This document shows, piece by piece, positions 1 to 10,852 of a stretch of DNA of 40,010 bases. Position 1 is the stretch's first letter. Each line of letters opens with the position of its first letter. The position numbers were made by a program, and so were the translations under genes. Source of the stretch: Kiloniellales bacterium (GTDB lineage: Bacteria; Pseudomonadota; Alphaproteobacteria; Kiloniellales; JBOHKJ01); the NCBI GenBank assembly GCA_050728975.1, contig JBOHKJ010000020.1, forward strand, positions 1 through 40,010, written 5' to 3'. The notes under the pieces were generated by a model that ran no database searches, had not been told where the DNA came from, and worked only from the letters and a program-made list of their open reading frames with translations.

Positions 1-264
1 GTCCTGTGGCGCCACCACGTGGGCCGCGGTCTCGGCCCCTGCCGGATGGTCGGCGTTTGCCGGCTCCTCTGGTGCGACCGGGTCGGGGTCGGCCAGCGAG
101 ACTTCGCCCTGTTCGTCGGGTTGCCCCGGCGGCGGCTCTGCGGTGGGTGACAGGAACGCGTAGTAGGCGCCGCCGGCCATCGCGCCAACATAGAGCAGCC
201 AAGCGAATACGAGCACGATCAGCCCGCTGCCTAGCCGCCGCGGGGGCCTGACGTCTTTCGCCAA
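1..264 (-). CDS. Partial CDS (N-terminus only, runs off the left edge): single-pass membrane protein with a Pro/Glu-rich linker. Possibly a YibQ-like divergent polysaccharide deacetylase.
   Basis: Hand translation of the minus strand gives MAKDVRPPRRLGSGLIVLVFAWLLYVGAMAGGAYYAFLSPTAEPPPGQPDEQGEVSLADPDPVAPEEP... It starts at TTG (262-264) with GGAGAGG 7 nt upstream, 42 nt downstream of the ctpA stop. The frame is open to position 1. It is absent from the ORF track because no stop lies in the window. The function guess rests only on the known E. coli gpmM-envC-yibQ synteny. Confidence 0.4.
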   Translation of the reverse strand, partial: MAKDVRPPRRLGSGLIVLVFAWLLYVGAMAGGAYYAFLSPTAEPPPGQPDEQGEVSLADPDPVAPEEPANADHPAGAETAAHVVAPQD

Positions 265-306
265 GCTCGAACCTCTCCGGGCCCCAGGCGCTCGTGCTGC
301 CGCCCG

Positions 307-1611
307 CTAGTTGATCGCCCGCCCTCGGAACAAGGCGACTCCGCGCAGCAGGTCGACTGCTCGGGCCAGCTGATAGTCCGACGGGACCTGATCGGCAGCC
401 TCCGCCTCGGGTGCCGATTCGTCCGGCGCGGGAGCCGGAGTCCCTTGTGGTGCGCCGTTGCCGCCGCCGTTGTCGAGCGCGCCGCGCAGGTCGGCTTCGC
501 GTGTCCGCGGCCGGCCATTGTCGATCAACTCGAGCTTTGCCTCCTCTACCCGGATGTCGGGCTCGATGCCCGTCGCCTGGATGGAGCGGCCCGAGGGCGT
601 GTAGTAGCGGGCGGTGGTGAGCCGCATCGCGCCGTTTCCAGAGAGCGGGATGATGGTCTGCACCGAGCCCTTGCCGAACGAGGGCGTGCCCATGACGACC
701 GCGCGCCCGTGATCCTGCAGCGCGCCGGCCACGATTTCCGAGGCCGAGGCCGAGCCGCCGTTGATCAGGACGACGACCGGCTTGCCGTCGATCAGATCGC
801 CGCTCCGGGCATTGTAACGTTGCGAATCTTCGGTTTCGCGGCCGCGTGTGGAAACGATTTCGCCCTGGTCCAGGAAGGCGTCGGAGACCGAGATCGCCTG
901 ATCGAGCAGACCGCCGGGATTGTTGCGCAGGTCGATCACTATGCCGACCAGCTTGTCGCCTAGCTCGGCCTTGAGCTCCTGAATTGCCTGTTCGAGTCCC
1001 GGGGTCGTCAACTCGTTGAAGGTAGTGATACGAACGTAGCCGACCTCGCCCTCGCTGCGGCTGCGTACCGACTGGATCTTGATGACGTCGCGCGTTACCA
1101 CGACGTCGAAGGGTTCGGTGTCGCCGCGCCGGATTGTCAGCTTGAGATCGGTGCCGACCGGTCCACGCATTTTCTCGACTGCATTGGACAGCGTCAGGCC
1201 GACGACGGGCTCATCGTCGAGATGGGTGATCAGATCGCCCGCTTTGACGCCGGCGCGGAAGGCCGGAGTGTCGTCGATCGGGGAGACGACTTTGATCAGG
1301 CTGTTCTCCATCGTGACCTCGATGCCCAGGCCCCCGAACTCTCCGCGGGTTTGCACGCGCATGTCGCGGAAGTTCTTTGGATTGAGATAACTCGAGTGAG
1401 GATCGAGGCGCTCCAGCATGCCTTCGATCGCGTACTCGATCAGCTGCTCGTCGCTGACCTGTTCGACATAGTCGGCGCGCACCCGTTCGAAGACGTCGCC
1501 GAACAGCTTCAATTGCCGATAGGTCTCGGAGCGGTCATCTTGCGCTCCGATGCTCATCGGGACGATCGTAACGATGGCGGCCAGAACGGCCGCGATTTGC
1601 CACCTGCGCAT
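307..1611 (-). CDS. ctpA: Carboxy-terminal processing protease (peptidase S41, Ctp/Prc family)
   Basis: 434-aa ORF with an N-terminal signal-like helix. It has a PDZ segment (GGLGIEV...VVSPIDDTPAFRAGVKAGDLI) and the S41 catalytic region (DLRNNPGG...LINGGSASASEIVAGALQD...GTPSFGKGSVQ). The start overlaps the envC stop by 1 nt. Confidence 0.93.
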   Translation of the reverse strand: MRRWQIAAVLAAIVTIVPMSIGAQDDRSETYRQLKLFGDVFERVRADYVEQVSDEQLIEYAIEGMLERLDPHSSYLNPKNFRDMRVQTRGEFGGLGIEVTMENSLIKVVSPIDDTPAFRAGVKAGDLITHLDDEPVVGLTLSNAVEKMRGPVGTDLKLTIRRGDTEPFDVVVTRDVIKIQSVRSRSEGEVGYVRITTFNELTTPGLEQAIQELKAELGDKLVGIVIDLRNNPGGLLDQAISVSDAFLDQGEIVSTRGRETEDSQRYNARSGDLIDGKPVVVLINGGSASASEIVAGALQDHGRAVVMGTPSFGKGSVQTIIPLSGNGAMRLTTARYYTPSGRSIQATGIEPDIRVEEAKLELIDNGRPRTREADLRGALDNGGGNGAPQGTPAPAPDESAPEAEAADQVPSDYQLARAVDLLRGVALFRGRAIN

Positions 1612-2885
1612 CAGCCTTGCACCTTATCGTCAGTCCGCGCGATCCAAGGCAGCGGATTGATCGGCTGCCCAGCACGGCGGAGTTCAAGATAGAGCCGCGG
1701 AGTTCCGTTCTGCGGCGCTCCAAGTCTGCCGACGGCCTCGCCGGCCAGTACCCACTGGCCCACGGCGACGTCGATCCGTTCGAGTCCGGCCAAGAGACTA
1801 TGATATCGCCCGCTGTGTTCGATGATCAAGATTAGCCCGTAAAGCCGAAACGGGCCGGCATAGACCACCTGCCCGTCATACGGCGCCACGACTTGGGCCT
1901 TTTCGCGGCCCTCGAGGGTAATTCCCTTGGCGCTGCTCTCGCCTTCGCTGGCCTCGCCATAGCGGGTCAGCAGCCGTCCGCGTACCGGTAGGACCAGGCT
2001 GCCCGGCTGCTCGCCGAAAGGGCGTATCGCGGACGGCGGAATCAGATGCGCGCTCTGGGTAGAGGGCTCGGCGGCGGGCGGATCGTTCTCCTTCGCGGTC
2101 GATCCGCGCTTCAGGCGCTCGGCTTCGGCAGCCTCCGCCTGCAGGCGTTCCGCTTCGGCCCCGCGTTCCAGCCGTACCATCAGGTCGCGCAGATCGCGTG
2201 CCTCCTTGGCCAGGCGATTGGCGCGCGCGCGAGCCGCCGCCAGTTCTTGGTCGGTCGCCTTCTGGGCGGCCTGCTTGCGCTCGATCAGTGCGCTCAGGAC
2301 CGCCTGCTGCTCGGCCAGCTTGGCAGCGGCGCTCTCCTGTTGGGTGCGCTGTCGCGCGACTGCGCGCCCGAGGCTGGCGAGCTCGGCGAGTTCGCTGTTG
2401 AGTCGCTCCGCTCGGGTCTCCAACGCCGGTACGGCAGCGCCCAATAGCAAGGCGCTGCGCGCAGTATCGATCGGCGGCGCGGGCTGGATCAGCAGAACCT
2501 CACGCGGCTGCAGTGCGAGGCGCTGAAGCGCCGCCAGCGTGAACTGCAGCTGCGAGCGTTGATCGGCGAGCTGCTCGCGCTTCGTCGCCTCTTCGCGCTC
2601 CAGAGCAAGGAGCTCGGCCTCAATCCCGGTCAGCCACTCCTCCTGCTCCTGAGCGATCTTCGCCGCGCCGATGATCTCTTTGCTAAGACGCTCGATTTCT
2701 TCGCCGAGAGCCTTGGATTGGCGGGCCAGCGCATCGGCCTTGGCGCGATCCTGGTCGAGGCGCTCCTGGATCTGCTCCAGATTGTCTCCGGCGGCGACCG
2801 CGGGCTGCGGCACTGCCAACGCCAGCAGCGCGACAGCGATGGCGGCCGCGAGGCTTCGACTCGCTCGGAGGCTGGAAAATCTCAT
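1611..2885 (-). CDS. envC: EnvC-like murein hydrolase activator (coiled coil plus degenerate LytM/M23 domain)
   Basis: 424 aa with a signal peptide and a long Ala/Glu/Gln/Arg coiled-coil region. The C-terminal LytM fold reads APYDGQVVYAGPFRLYGLILIIEHSGRYHSLLAG...PRLYLELRR. The HxH metal motif of active M23 enzymes is replaced (LYLEL). The gene has a 4-nt ATGA overlap with gpmI. Confidence 0.85.
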   Translation of the reverse strand: MRFSSLRASRSLAAAIAVALLALAVPQPAVAAGDNLEQIQERLDQDRAKADALARQSKALGEEIERLSKEIIGAAKIAQEQEEWLTGIEAELLALEREEATKREQLADQRSQLQFTLAALQRLALQPREVLLIQPAPPIDTARSALLLGAAVPALETRAERLNSELAELASLGRAVARQRTQQESAAAKLAEQQAVLSALIERKQAAQKATDQELAAARARANRLAKEARDLRDLMVRLERGAEAERLQAEAAEAERLKRGSTAKENDPPAAEPSTQSAHLIPPSAIRPFGEQPGSLVLPVRGRLLTRYGEASEGESSAKGITLEGREKAQVVAPYDGQVVYAGPFRLYGLILIIEHSGRYHSLLAGLERIDVAVGQWVLAGEAVGRLGAPQNGTPRLYLELRRAGQPINPLPWIARTDDKVQG

Positions 2886-4438
2886 TCCGCCGCAGCCTCG
2901 CCGGCAGCGTCGCTGAGCAGCGACCGGCCGGCCATCTCGCTCGGCTGCGGCAATTTCATCAGCGCCAGCAGAGTCGGCGCGATGTCGGCCAGCCGCCCGT
3001 CGGAGAGCTTCGCAGCCCGGCCCGTTGCGCCGACCAGGATCAGCGGCACTTTGTTCATGGTATGGGCGGTGTGCGGCTGCTTGCTAACCTCATCGGTCAT
3101 CTGCTCGGCGTTGCCATGATCGGCGGTGATCAGCAGTGCGCCGCCGGCCCGCTCGATCGCTTCGGCGACGCGGCCCAGACAGCGGTCGACGGTCTCGACG
3201 GCGACGATCGCCGCCTCGAGCTTGCCGGTATGGCCGACCATGTCGCCATTGGCGTAGTTGACCACGATGAGATCGAATCGGCCGCTCTCGATCGCCTCCA
3301 CTAGCCGGTCGGTCAGCTCCGGCGCCGACATCTCGGGCTTCAGGTCGTAAGTCGCGACCTTGGGCGAGGGAACGAGGATGCGCTCCTCGCCGGGGAAGAC
3401 CTTTTCGCGGCCGCCGTTGAAGAAGAAGGTGACGTGGGCGTATTTCTCGGTCTCAGCGAGGCGCAGCTGCTTCAAGCCGCGCTCGGCAACCACTTCGCCA
3501 AGAGTCCGGGTCAGGTCCTGGGGCGGGAAGAGCGCCGAGAGAAAGGGCGCCAGCTCCGCGCCGTAGGCGGCGAGACCCAGTGCGCCGACGAACGCGATCT
3601 GCTTGCTGCGACGGAAGCCGTCGAACCTTGGATCGAGCAGGGCGGCCAGAATCTGCCGCGCCCGGTCGGCGCGGAAGTTGCCCATCACGATCCCGTCGCC
3701 GTCCTTCATGCCGCGATAGTCCCCGATTGCGGTCGGCAGCACGAACTCGTCGTGGACTTGCTTACGATAGCTCTGCTCGACCGCCGCCAGCGCGCTTGGC
3801 GCCCGCTCGCCGTCGGCGGAGACCAGCGTGCCGTAGGCGAGCGCCGTGCGCTCCCAGCGCTTGTCGCGATCCATGGCATAGTAACGGCCGCTTACCGTCG
3901 CGACGGTCGCCTTGGGCGCCTCGGTCGCAAAGCGTTCCAGATATCCGAGCGCGCTTTGGGGCGGCGTGTCGCGGCCGTCGAGGAAGGCGTGGACCGCGAC
4001 CGGCACCCCGGCCGCAATGATGGTGTTGGCGAGCGCCGCCAGGTGGCGCTGGTGGGAGTGGACCCCGCCCGGCGAGAGCAGGCCCAAAAGATGAGCGGTG
4101 CCACCGCTGGCCTTGAGCTCGGCGGTCATGTCTTGGAGGGCGGGCAGCTCGGCCAGCCGCCCCTCGTCGACCGCCCGGTCGATGCGTGGCAGATCCTGCA
4201 AGACGACCCGCCCGGCGCCGAGGTTCATATGGCCGACCTCGGAATTGCCCATCTGACCGGCCGGCAGGCCTACCTCATGCTCCGAGGCGTCGATCAGGGC
4301 ATGGGGGACATTGGCATAGAAGCGGGCCAGAACCGGGGTGCGGGCCAGCCGGATCGCGTTATGGGCGCTCGGGCCGGCTTCGCCCCAGCCGTCGAGCACA
4401 CAGAGCACGACCGGGCGCGGAGCCTGGGACTTAACCAT
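2882..4438 (-). CDS. gpmI: 2,3-bisphosphoglycerate-independent phosphoglycerate mutase
   Basis: 518 aa. Hallmark iPGM motifs are present: VLCVLDGWG, GNSEVGHMNLGAGR, LLSPGGVHSH, ITADHGNAE. Confidence 0.95.
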   Translation of the reverse strand: MVKSQAPRPVVLCVLDGWGEAGPSAHNAIRLARTPVLARFYANVPHALIDASEHEVGLPAGQMGNSEVGHMNLGAGRVVLQDLPRIDRAVDEGRLAELPALQDMTAELKASGGTAHLLGLLSPGGVHSHQRHLAALANTIIAAGVPVAVHAFLDGRDTPPQSALGYLERFATEAPKATVATVSGRYYAMDRDKRWERTALAYGTLVSADGERAPSALAAVEQSYRKQVHDEFVLPTAIGDYRGMKDGDGIVMGNFRADRARQILAALLDPRFDGFRRSKQIAFVGALGLAAYGAELAPFLSALFPPQDLTRTLGEVVAERGLKQLRLAETEKYAHVTFFFNGGREKVFPGEERILVPSPKVATYDLKPEMSAPELTDRLVEAIESGRFDLIVVNYANGDMVGHTGKLEAAIVAVETVDRCLGRVAEAIERAGGALLITADHGNAEQMTDEVSKQPHTAHTMNKVPLILVGATGRAAKLSDGRLADIAPTLLALMKLPQPSEMAGRSLLSDAAGEAAAE

Positions 4439-4491
4439 GGCGCATATATAAGGGATTGGGCGGGGTGGGGCGAGGGGACAAGGGGGCAGGC

Positions 4492-4962
4492 CTAGTCACG
4501 ATGGTAGGGATGTCCGCTCAGAATGGCCTGGGCCCGGTAAAGTTGTTCTAAAAGCATCACCCGGACCAGCAGGTGCGGCCAAGTCAGGGTGCCGAAGGCG
4601 ATCCGCCGCTCGGCCCGCTTCCGAAGGCGCTCAGCCAGCCCATCCGCGCCGCCAATCACGAATGCCAGCTCGGCCACCCCGCCGTCCCGAAGGCCCGCCA
4701 GTAGGGCCGCGAGGTCGCGGCTTGTAAGGCTCTCGCCGCGCTCGTCCAGTGCGATTACGCGGGCCCTCGGGGGCAGTGCCGCCTCCAGCAGACTGGCTTC
4801 ACGCTCGGTCAGTTCATCCGCGGAGAGACGCCCGCGTTGCTCGACCTCCTTCACGACCGGCCGACCGAACGGGCCTCGGGCGAGGCGCTTGGCGTAGTCG
4901 TCGCCGAGCGCCTGGAGCGGGCCGGCCTTCATCCGGCCGACGGCGGCAATAGTAATGCGCAA
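4492..4962 (-). CDS. rlmH: 23S rRNA (pseudouridine1915-N3)-methyltransferase RlmH (SPOUT)
   Basis: 156 aa. [12 protein letters not shown]...FVIGGADGL...[35 protein letters not shown] is typical of RlmH. Confidence 0.93.
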   Translation of the reverse strand: [156 protein letters not shown]

Positions 4963-5063
4963 GGGCTAAGGTCCCTTTGCGGAAGGTCGGAGCCGTAGGC
5001 TGGAGCGGGCCATGGGCTATGAGTCAAGCCTTCGGCCGCCTGACAGCCAGATGCCGACCGGCT

Positions 5064-5495
5064 TCAGGCCCAGCCGGTGACCGCGTGACCCTTGTCGTCG
5101 CCGGCCAAGTCGCCGCTTTCCAGATTGCTCGCGGCCAACTCCTCGCCCCACATCTTTTCCAGCGCGTAAAAGGCGCGCACTTCCGGGCGGAAGAGATGGA
5201 CGATAATGTCGCCGCCGTCGATCAGCACCCAATCGCTTCGCGACCCGCCTTCCGGCGTGACACCAACGATCCCGGCGGATTTCAGTTCCTCCGACAGATG
5301 CTCGGCCATGGATGCCAGATGTCGCTGCGACGTGCCGCTGGCGATCACCATGAAGTCCGCGATGCTGGATTTTCGGGCTAGGTCGATGACGACTAGGTCT
5401 TCGGCCTTGTCGTCTTCAAGCGAGGTCGTAATCGCGCGGAGGAGATGCTTGCTCGCTGCAAGCGCGTCCTCGACTGGGGTCCCGCGCGCGCGCAG
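5064..5495 (-). CDS. rsfS: Ribosome silencing factor RsfS (5-prime end uncertain, no canonical start available)
   Basis: The track ORF (5064-5351) begins at MVIASGTSQRH, in the middle of the conserved RsfS core. The same frame continues upstream as LRARGTPVEDALAASKHLLRAITTSLEDDKAEDLVVIDLARKSSIADF. No in-frame ATG, GTG or TTG lies between the upstream stop (5628-5630) and 5351. CTG at 5493-5495 is the candidate start used here. Confidence 0.8.
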   Translation of the reverse strand: MRARGTPVEDALAASKHLLRAITTSLEDDKAEDLVVIDLARKSSIADFMVIASGTSQRHLASMAEHLSEELKSAGIVGVTPEGGSRSDWVLIDGGDIIVHLFRPEVRAFYALEKMWGEELAASNLESGDLAGDDKGHAVTGWA

Positions 5496-5521
5496 TTTGG
5501 GGACCGCCTTGGCTCTTTCCC

Positions 5522-6214
5522 TTATGGTCCTTTCGCTCCTCTGCTCGGTTGCGGCCGCCCTTGGCCGGCCGACCCGGTGCCTTCCTTCCGCCGGGCGCGG
5601 ATCGCGGTTGCCGACTGGGGGTTCAACCTACCGTGGATGAACATCCAGGCCGGCGGCTTGTGCCCCGGAAGAGCCTTGGCGCGTTTGGCGCCGAAACGCT
5701 GCCGGGCGAAACGCCTAGCCGATTTTGCGGCCAATGCCCTTAAAGAATAGGTAGGGCGGTCGAAGACCGCAACGGGAAGTAAGTGAAATATCGATGTCCA
5801 ATTCTGCCAGTGACTTATCTGGATCAGGTTGTCGGCACCCATTAACCAAACGAAATCGACTCTGGGGAAGCGGCGCAGCAGCGCCTTGAGGCTGTCGGCG
5901 GTATAGCGCGTGCCGAGCCTGGTCTCGAGCGCGGACACGCGGATCCGGGGATGCCGCGCCGCTCTGCGCGCCCCATCGAGGCGCTTTGCGAGCGGTGCCA
6001 TGCCGTTGGCGTCCTTCAACGGATTTTGCGGCGAGACCAGCCACCAGACCTCGTCGAGCCCGAGCTTCGCCAGCGCCAGGCGGCTGATTGCGCGATGGCC
6101 TTCGTGGGCCGGATTGAAGGAGCCGCCGAGAAGTCCGACGCGAAAGCGCGGCGGCGGCAGGAAGCCGCCGAGCGCGGCGGCCAGGTCGGCGGAGCTGGGC
6201 AGCGCTCGGCTCAG
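5522..6214 (-). CDS. nadD: Nicotinate-nucleotide adenylyltransferase NadD (5-prime end uncertain, no canonical start available)
   Basis: The track ORF starts at an internal TTG (6017-6019). The same frame upstream reads [66 protein letters not shown], which includes the (H/T)xGH nucleotidyltransferase motif. The candidate start is CTG at 6212-6214, forming a CTGA overlap with the proA stop. Confidence 0.8.
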   Translation of the reverse strand: MSRALPSSADLAAALGGFLPPPRFRVGLLGGSFNPAHEGHRAISRLALAKLGLDEVWWLVSPQNPLKDANGMAPLAKRLDGARRAARHPRIRVSALETRLGTRYTADSLKALLRRFPRVDFVWLMGADNLIQISHWQNWTSIFHLLPVAVFDRPTYSLRALAAKSARRFARQRFGAKRAKALPGHKPPAWMFIHGRLNPQSATAIRARRKEGTGSAGQGRPQPSRGAKGP

Positions 6215-7506
6215 GGCCGAACCTGGCCCGTGCCGCGCACCAGGTTCTTGTAGCTGGTGAGCTGTTCGGCACCGACCGGCCCGCGGGCGTGCAGCTTGCC
6301 TGTCGAGATGCCGATCTCCGCGCCCATGCCGAACTCGCCTCCGTCGGCGTACTGGGTGGACGCGTTGTGGAGCACGATCGCCGAATCGACCGCCGCCAGG
6401 AAACGCTCGGCGGCCGCGGAGTCGTCGGTGACGATCGCGTCGGTGTGGTGCGAGCCGTGACGATTGACGTGCCGGATCGCCTGCTCAAGGTCGTCAACCA
6501 CCTTGACGGCGATGATCGGCGCCAGGAACTCGCGTTCCCAGTCGCCGGCTTCCACCGTGCGCGCCGCAGGATAGAGCGCGCGCGTCTCCTCGTCGCCGCG
6601 CAGCTCGCAGCCGGCGGCGGCGAGATCGTCGAGGATCGGTTTCAAGTAGGTCTTGGCGACGGCGCGATCGATCAGCACCTTCTCGGTTGCCCCACAGACG
6701 CTGACGCGACGCATCTTGCCGTTGAGCACGATCTCGCGCGCCATCGTCAGGTCGGCTTTGGCGTGGACGTAGGTGTGACAGTTGCCGTCGAGGTGGGCCA
6801 GCACCGGGATGCGGCTCTCGCGCTGGACGCGCTCGATCAGCCCTTTGCCGCCGCGCGGAACGATGACGTCGATGAAGTCGCTCATGGCCAGCAGCAGGCC
6901 GACCGCGGCGCGGTCGGCGACCGGCACCCGCTGCAGCGCGTCTTCGGGCAAGCCGGCGGCTTTGAGACCGGCGCGCAGGCAGTCCAGAATCGCCCCGGCG
7001 GAGGCGAAGGATTCCGAGCCGCCGCGCAAGATCGCGGCATTGCCGGCCTTGAGGCAGAGGCCGCCGGCGTCGGCGGTCACGTTGGGCCGGCTCTCGTAGA
7101 CGATGCCGATGACACCGAGCGGGACCGAGACGCGGGCGATGTCGAGGCCATTGGGCCGCGTCCAGCGGGCGATCTCGCGTCCCACCGGATCGGGCAGCGC
7201 AGCGACCTCTTCCAGGCTGCGCGCCATGGCTTCGATGCGCTCGGAGTCGAGCAGCAAGCGGTCGGCCATGTGGGACGCCAAACCCTTCTTCCTTGCGGCC
7301 TCGAGGTCTTCGGCATTGGCGGCAAGGAGCCCGTTGTCGGTGGCGCGGAGCGCCTCGGCGGCGGCTCGCAGCGCTTTGACTTTGGCTGCCGGCGCGGCCT
7401 CGGCCATCTCGTCGGCGGCGGCTTTGGCGGCCTGCCCGAGCGTCGTCATCGCCGCTTCGAGGGTGGCGGCGGCGTTCGTCTCGAGGGTGGCGGTTTCAGC
7501 GCTCAT
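6211..7506 (-). CDS. proA: Gamma-glutamyl phosphate reductase
   Basis: 431 aa aldehyde-dehydrogenase-fold protein. It contains [58 protein letters not shown] and [13 protein letters not shown]. Confidence 0.95.
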   Translation of the reverse strand: MSAETATLETNAAATLEAAMTTLGQAAKAAADEMAEAAPAAKVKALRAAAEALRATDNGLLAANAEDLEAARKKGLASHMADRLLLDSERIEAMARSLEEVAALPDPVGREIARWTRPNGLDIARVSVPLGVIGIVYESRPNVTADAGGLCLKAGNAAILRGGSESFASAGAILDCLRAGLKAAGLPEDALQRVPVADRAAVGLLLAMSDFIDVIVPRGGKGLIERVQRESRIPVLAHLDGNCHTYVHAKADLTMAREIVLNGKMRRVSVCGATEKVLIDRAVAKTYLKPILDDLAAAGCELRGDEETRALYPAARTVEAGDWEREFLAPIIAVKVVDDLEQAIRHVNRHGSHHTDAIVTDDSAAAERFLAAVDSAIVLHNASTQYADGGEFGMGAEIGISTGKLHARGPVGAEQLTSYKNLVRGTGQVRP

Positions 7507-7515
7507 GCGGTCGCT

Positions 7516-9740
<2,225 letters not shown>

Positions 9741-9751
9741 CTATAACGTCG

Positions 9752-9785
9752 AACGAGAAAGGGGGAACGGCGCTGCCATTCCCCC
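9752..9785 (-). terminator. Rho-independent terminator or attenuator between rpmA and obg
   Basis: The minus-strand RNA reads GGGGGAA-UGGCAGCGCCG-UUCCCCC followed by UUUCUCGUU. This is a 7-bp GC-rich stem about 32 nt downstream of the rpmA stop. Confidence 0.55.
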
Positions 9786-9816
9786 TCGGGTTTCTCTCAA
9801 GCGTTGGGGCCCGCCG

Positions 9817-10074
9817 TCAGTTCGGCGGCAGCACCGAAACGAAGGTCCGGCCGCCGGTCTTGGTCTCGAAGGTCACTTGGCCCTCGGTGAGCGCGAAGAG
9901 CGTGTGATCGCGGCCCATGCCGACGTTCTGGCCGGGATGGAACTTGGTGCCGCGCTGGCGAACCAGGATGTTGCCCGGGACCACGATCTGGCCGCCAAAG
10001 CGCTTGACGCCAAGACGGCGTCCGGCGGAATCGCGCCCATTGCGCGAGGAGCCGCCTGCTTTCTTATGTGCCAT
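9817..10074 (-). CDS. rpmA: 50S ribosomal protein L27
   Basis: 85 aa. [29 protein letters not shown]...[15 protein letters not shown] is canonical L27. Confidence 0.97.
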   Translation of the reverse strand: MAHKKAGGSSRNGRDSAGRRLGVKRFGGQIVVPGNILVRQRGTKFHPGQNVGMGRDHTLFALTEGQVTFETKTGGRTFVSVLPPN

Positions 10075-10087
10075 GGCGCACTACTCC

Positions 10088-10672
10088 TTACTTCTTCTTG
10101 GCCGGAGTCTTCTTGGCGGCCGGCTTCTTCGGAGCGGCCTTCTTGGGCGCAGCTTTCTTCGCTGCCGCCTTCTTTGGCTCCGCCTTCTTGGCCGCCGGCT
10201 TCTTCGGCGCAGATTTCTTGGGCGCTGCCGCCTTCTTTTTCGGCTTCGCCTTGCCTTCGCTCGCTGTCTTCTTCGCTGCCTCGGCTTTTGCTTGCGCCGC
10301 AGCCAGGGTCTTCGCTTTGGTCATGATCTTGCGCGCCGTCGGCTGGCTCGGCTTGGCACCGTCGGTGAGGATTTCGGTCACCCGGATCAGCGTCAGGTCC
10401 TGGCGATGGCCGTTACGGCGGCGGTGGTTCTTGCGGCGCAGGCGCTTGAAGATAATGATCTTCTCGCCGCGGGTCTGCTCGACTACCTCGACCGCGACCG
10501 AAGCACCCTCGACGAAGGGCGCGCCGACGGTCAGGCCCTTGTCGTCGCCGACGGCCAGCACCGGTCCGAGCTGCAGCAGGTCGCCTTCGACGCCCTCCAG
10601 CTTCTCGACCTTGAGGAGATCTTCCGGGGCGACCTTGTACTGTTTGCCGCCGGTCTTGAGGACTGCGAACAT
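10088..10672 (-). CDS. rplU: 50S ribosomal protein L21 with a C-terminal extension of about 90 aa rich in Ala, Lys and Pro
   Basis: The canonical L21 N-terminus [14 protein letters not shown] starts at ATG 10670-10672; the 25 codons upstream in the track ORF are unlikely to be translated. The core ends near RVTEILTDG. The tail follows: [62 protein letters not shown]. Confidence 0.92.
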   Translation of the reverse strand: MFAVLKTGGKQYKVAPEDLLKVEKLEGVEGDLLQLGPVLAVGDDKGLTVGAPFVEGASVAVEVVEQTRGEKIIIFKRLRRKNHRRRNGHRQDLTLIRVTEILTDGAKPSQPTARKIMTKAKTLAAAQAKAEAAKKTASEGKAKPKKKAAAPKKSAPKKPAAKKAEPKKAAAKKAAPKKAAPKKPAAKKTPAKKK

Positions 10673-10852
10673 GAGACCTGGACTTGGTTGCCGAGTGCTT
10701 CGTTGACGGTGCTGTCGCGAGGCGCAAAAAACATACGGGCCCTGCACGTCCGGGGCCCGCTTTCGGCGCCGGCGGACTATAGCGCCGCGGCTCTCGCTGT
10801 CAACGCCTTTCCCGGCCTGCCGAAGCCCAAATCCGGCTGCTTTCGCGGGTTT

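Noticed and set aside
6-251. 81-aa plus-strand Arg-rich ORF at the left edge
   Set aside because: The opposite strand encodes a plausible membrane protein N-terminus with an RBS and a position consistent with the envC-ctpA operon. The plus ORF is about one-third Arg/Pro.
10088-10330. Degenerate tandem DNA repeat (cttcttggc-like units), considered as a VNTR or CRISPR-like array
   Set aside because: It is in frame within rplU and encodes the AKP-rich tail. There are no spacers of unique sequence and no repeat-spacer periodicity.
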